This document shows, in pieces, positions 61,525 through 64,000 of a DNA stretch of 64,000 nucleotides (positions within the stretch are counted from its first letter, which is position 1; each line of letters begins with the position of its first letter). The notes below the pieces were generated by a model. The model was not told where the DNA came from and ran no database searches. It saw only the letters and a list, made by a program, of their open reading frames with translations. The stretch lies in NCBI GenBank assembly GCA_053919585.1, contig CM132821.1; one strand, 5' to 3'. The DNA comes from Euprymna scolopes. Taxonomy: Eukaryota. The position numbers and the translations under genes were made by a program.

Positions 61525-62660
61525 GAATAAATGGCCGAACGTTATGTCACGTGATAAATGGCCGAACGTTATGTCAACGTGATAAATCGGCGAACGTTAT
61601 GTCAACGTGATAAATGGCCGAACGTTATGTCAACGTGATAAATGGCCGAACATTATGTCAACGTGATAAATGGCCGAACATTATGTCAACGTGATAAATG
61701 ACCGAACGTTATGTAAACCTAATAAACATCTGAACGTTATGTCAACACAGTTGTATGTCTTTTTGCAAGCCAATATCATAATTAGTTAAACAAAAAGCGG
61801 CAAATGTATACACATATTCTGAAAATAGATGTAGTGCTTTAAGCTTTTATTAATGTAATAAATGGCCGAACATTATGTCAACGTGATAAATGGCCGAACG
61901 TTGTGTCAATGTGATAAATGGCCGAACGTTATGTCAATGTGATAAATGGCCGAACATGGTAAACAACGGAACGTCAATGTGATAAATGGCCAAAAGTTAT
62001 GACAATGTAATAAATGGCCGAACGTTACGTCAATGTGTTAAATGGGCAGATGTTATGTACACGTGACGTAACCTTATGCCAATGTGATAAATGGCCTAAT
62101 GTATTGTCAATGTGATAAATGGCCTAATGTATTGTCAATGTGATAAATGGCCTAATGTATTGTCAATGTGATAAATGGCCGCACATTTTGCTAATGTGAT
62201 AAATGGCCAAACGATATCTCAACATGTTGAATGGTTAAACGTTATGTCAATGTGATAATGACCGAACATTATTTCAACGTGATAAATGACAGAACAACAA
62301 GAAAAATGACCAAACGTTGTGTCAATGTGAGAAATGGCTAAACGTTATGTACTCATAATAAATGGCCAGATTTTGCTAATGTGATAAATGGCCAAACGAT
62401 ATGTACACATGATGAATGGTCATAATAAATGGCCAGACGTTATGTAAAACTGATAAATAGCCAAAAGTTATATCAACCTGACAAATGGCCAAACGTTCTG
62501 TCAAAGTAAGAAATGGTCGAATACTATATCATCATGATAAATGACCACATATTATGCAAATGCTGTAAATGATAGAACGTTATGTCAACGTGATAAATTG
62601 CCGAATGTTATGTTAATGTGATAAATGGCCGAACGTTTTGTCGACCTGATAAATGGCAAA
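61525..62660 (+). repeat. 28-bp minisatellite (TGATAAATGGCCGAACGTTATGTCAACG) with an embedded higher-order duplication of about 330 bp
   Basis: Period 28 measured at 61564, 61592 and 61620; the block AAGCGGCAA.TGTATACACATATTCTGAAAATAG occurs at about 61465 and 61796. Confidence 0.9.
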
Positions 62661-62820
62661 TTTTTATTTCAAATATGACTTATATGGAGTTAATTAATAA
62701 AAAATCTTCTAATATTTACTGCAAATCTAAAAGGACAGATTGTGTTTATTTTTTTATATTTGAAATAAAAACTTGTGTTTGAAATATAAATAAAATGTAA
62801 ATATAAAATAAATATAAAAA

Positions 62821-63090
62821 ATATATGTTACTTGTATTCATTGGACTATTGTTCTAATCTTGGATGTTATTTGTGCAACGTTTCAGTCGGTTTGGCCTTT
62901 GACCGTCTTCAGGCTTGTTGGTTGTTGGTTGGAAAAGAAAAGAGAAAAACAACAACCAACATGCCTGATGAAGGTCGAAGGCTAATCCGACCAAAACGTT
63001 GCACGAATAACACTCAAGATGAGAACGATAGTCCAATCAATGCAAGTAATATAAACAATCAGCCCTCATTTCGAAAACTCAAAACTTTAA
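62821..63090. mobile_element. Hammerhead element, copy C (inverted arms, no head; different subfamily)
   Basis: Arms about 62821-62925 and 62950-63056; hammerhead motifs at 62874-62915 (-) and 62962-63003 (+) with TGC/GCA stem I. Confidence 0.8.
62874..62915 (-). ncRNA. minimal hammerhead ribozyme, core intact but stems weakened
   Basis: AGC CUGAAGA C GGUC-AAAGGCCAAACC-GACU GAAAC GUU^GCA. Confidence 0.6.
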
Positions 63091-63102
63091 TAAAAACATA
63101 TA

Positions 63103-64000
63103 CAGTGCCGGCAAAAAGAAAGTCTGCACTTTTAATTTTTTTCAAAAACTGCAAATTTAAGCTAAATTTAATGTAACTGTTTAAACAACCTATATCTCAT
63201 TTGATTCGCCTTTTATTCCTCTGTAATTTTACCTGTTTATATTTGACTTTTAATTGAAATATTCTAGTGTTCCCGTCAATTTAAAAAAATTACTTCAAAT
63301 TGAGAAGGCAAAAAAAAAAGTTTGCAGCAACAAATTCGCTTAAAACCAGCTGAAATTATCGCTCCTAAATCACTTTTAAATATCCACCAACAGGCAACAA
63401 AGCATCTTTAATCGTAATTATTGTTGTTCCATGTTATACAATATAGCAGTTAGTCCATATGCCACGATTTTCTCTTAGTGATCGTCAGGAGCTCATTAAT
63501 TTCCACTTTTCTGGTTTCTGATTGAAATGTGATGAGAAAATGGTACAAAAGACTGTGCAAAAGCACCAAAACACCGGCAGTGTTCATGATGCCTCTAAAT
63601 CTGGTCGTACTAGAGTTACTTCTAACAGGGAAGACAATGCTGTCAAGATCCGCAGCCTAAGAAACAGATTTGAAACGGCTCCCCAAATCCAACAACAGTG
63701 CAATCTTGTTAAAAAGTGCTCTCTTTCTATTGTCAAGAAAAGATTAAAGGAATTTAATTTGTGAGGATATGTTGCAAGATTCAAGCCAATGATTTCTGTA
63801 AAGAACAGAAAGCGCCATCTAGACTTTGTCAGATGCAATGAAGATCATGACTCTTCATATTGGTCAATAGTGCTTTTTAGTGACGAAAGCAAGTTCAATA
63901 GGCTAGGCAGTGATGGTAGGCAGTACGTCTGTCAGAGGAAAGATGAAAAATGTAATCCTAGGTGCTCAGTTTCAATACTACAAGGTGGTGGAGGTTCAGT
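63103..64000 (+). mobile_element. Tc1-family transposon, left end plus disrupted transposase (runs off the window)
   Basis: TA-CAGTGCCGG terminus; ATG at 63459; TGSV.D..KSGRTRVTS, VKKRL, W..VLFSDESKFN, QGGGGS; stop codons and a frameshift. Confidence 0.9.

Noticed and set aside
61525-62660. CRISPR-like array (28-bp repeats)
   Set aside because: The units are head-to-tail with no unique spacers, there are no cas genes, and the context is eukaryotic.

Overview
AT-rich, repeat-dense animal genomic DNA. An invertebrate is likely, and the repeat landscape looks lophotrochozoan or cephalopod-like, but the taxon cannot be fixed from sequence alone. The one clear host gene is the 3' half of cullin-2 (CUL2): nine + strand coding exons from 960 to 22737, all introns GT-AG, about 349 aa, including the neddylation motif IVRIMK*ARK and the stop codon. 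The rest is mostly decayed mobile DNA: CR1/L2-type, RTE, Tx1/L1, R4-type and Ingi/Vingi-like non-LTR fragments; maT (DD37D), mariner and Tc1 elements; non-autonomous Helitrons; a HINE carrying a tandem array; hAT- and Merlin-like MITEs; many fold-back palindromes; tRNA-derived SINEs; and minisatellites. Most ORF-track entries are spurious. The main candidate for an undescribed system is a five-copy family of short non-coding elements at about 0.35-0.8, 19.5-19.9, 24.2-24.4, 27.85-28.27 and 62.8-63.1 kb. Its layout is a tRNA-like Pol III head, a short body with AATAAAGGGTT, and a minimal type I hammerhead ribozyme (3-bp stem I, palindromic ACGU stem III, covarying stems). In four copies the hammerhead segment is duplicated as an inverted repeat, so ribozyme motifs lie on both strands. 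The two clear target-site duplications each contain a perfect 10-bp palindrome. I infer a ribozyme-bearing SINE or retrozyme-like parasite of Penelope-like elements. All coordinates and alignments were read by eye.
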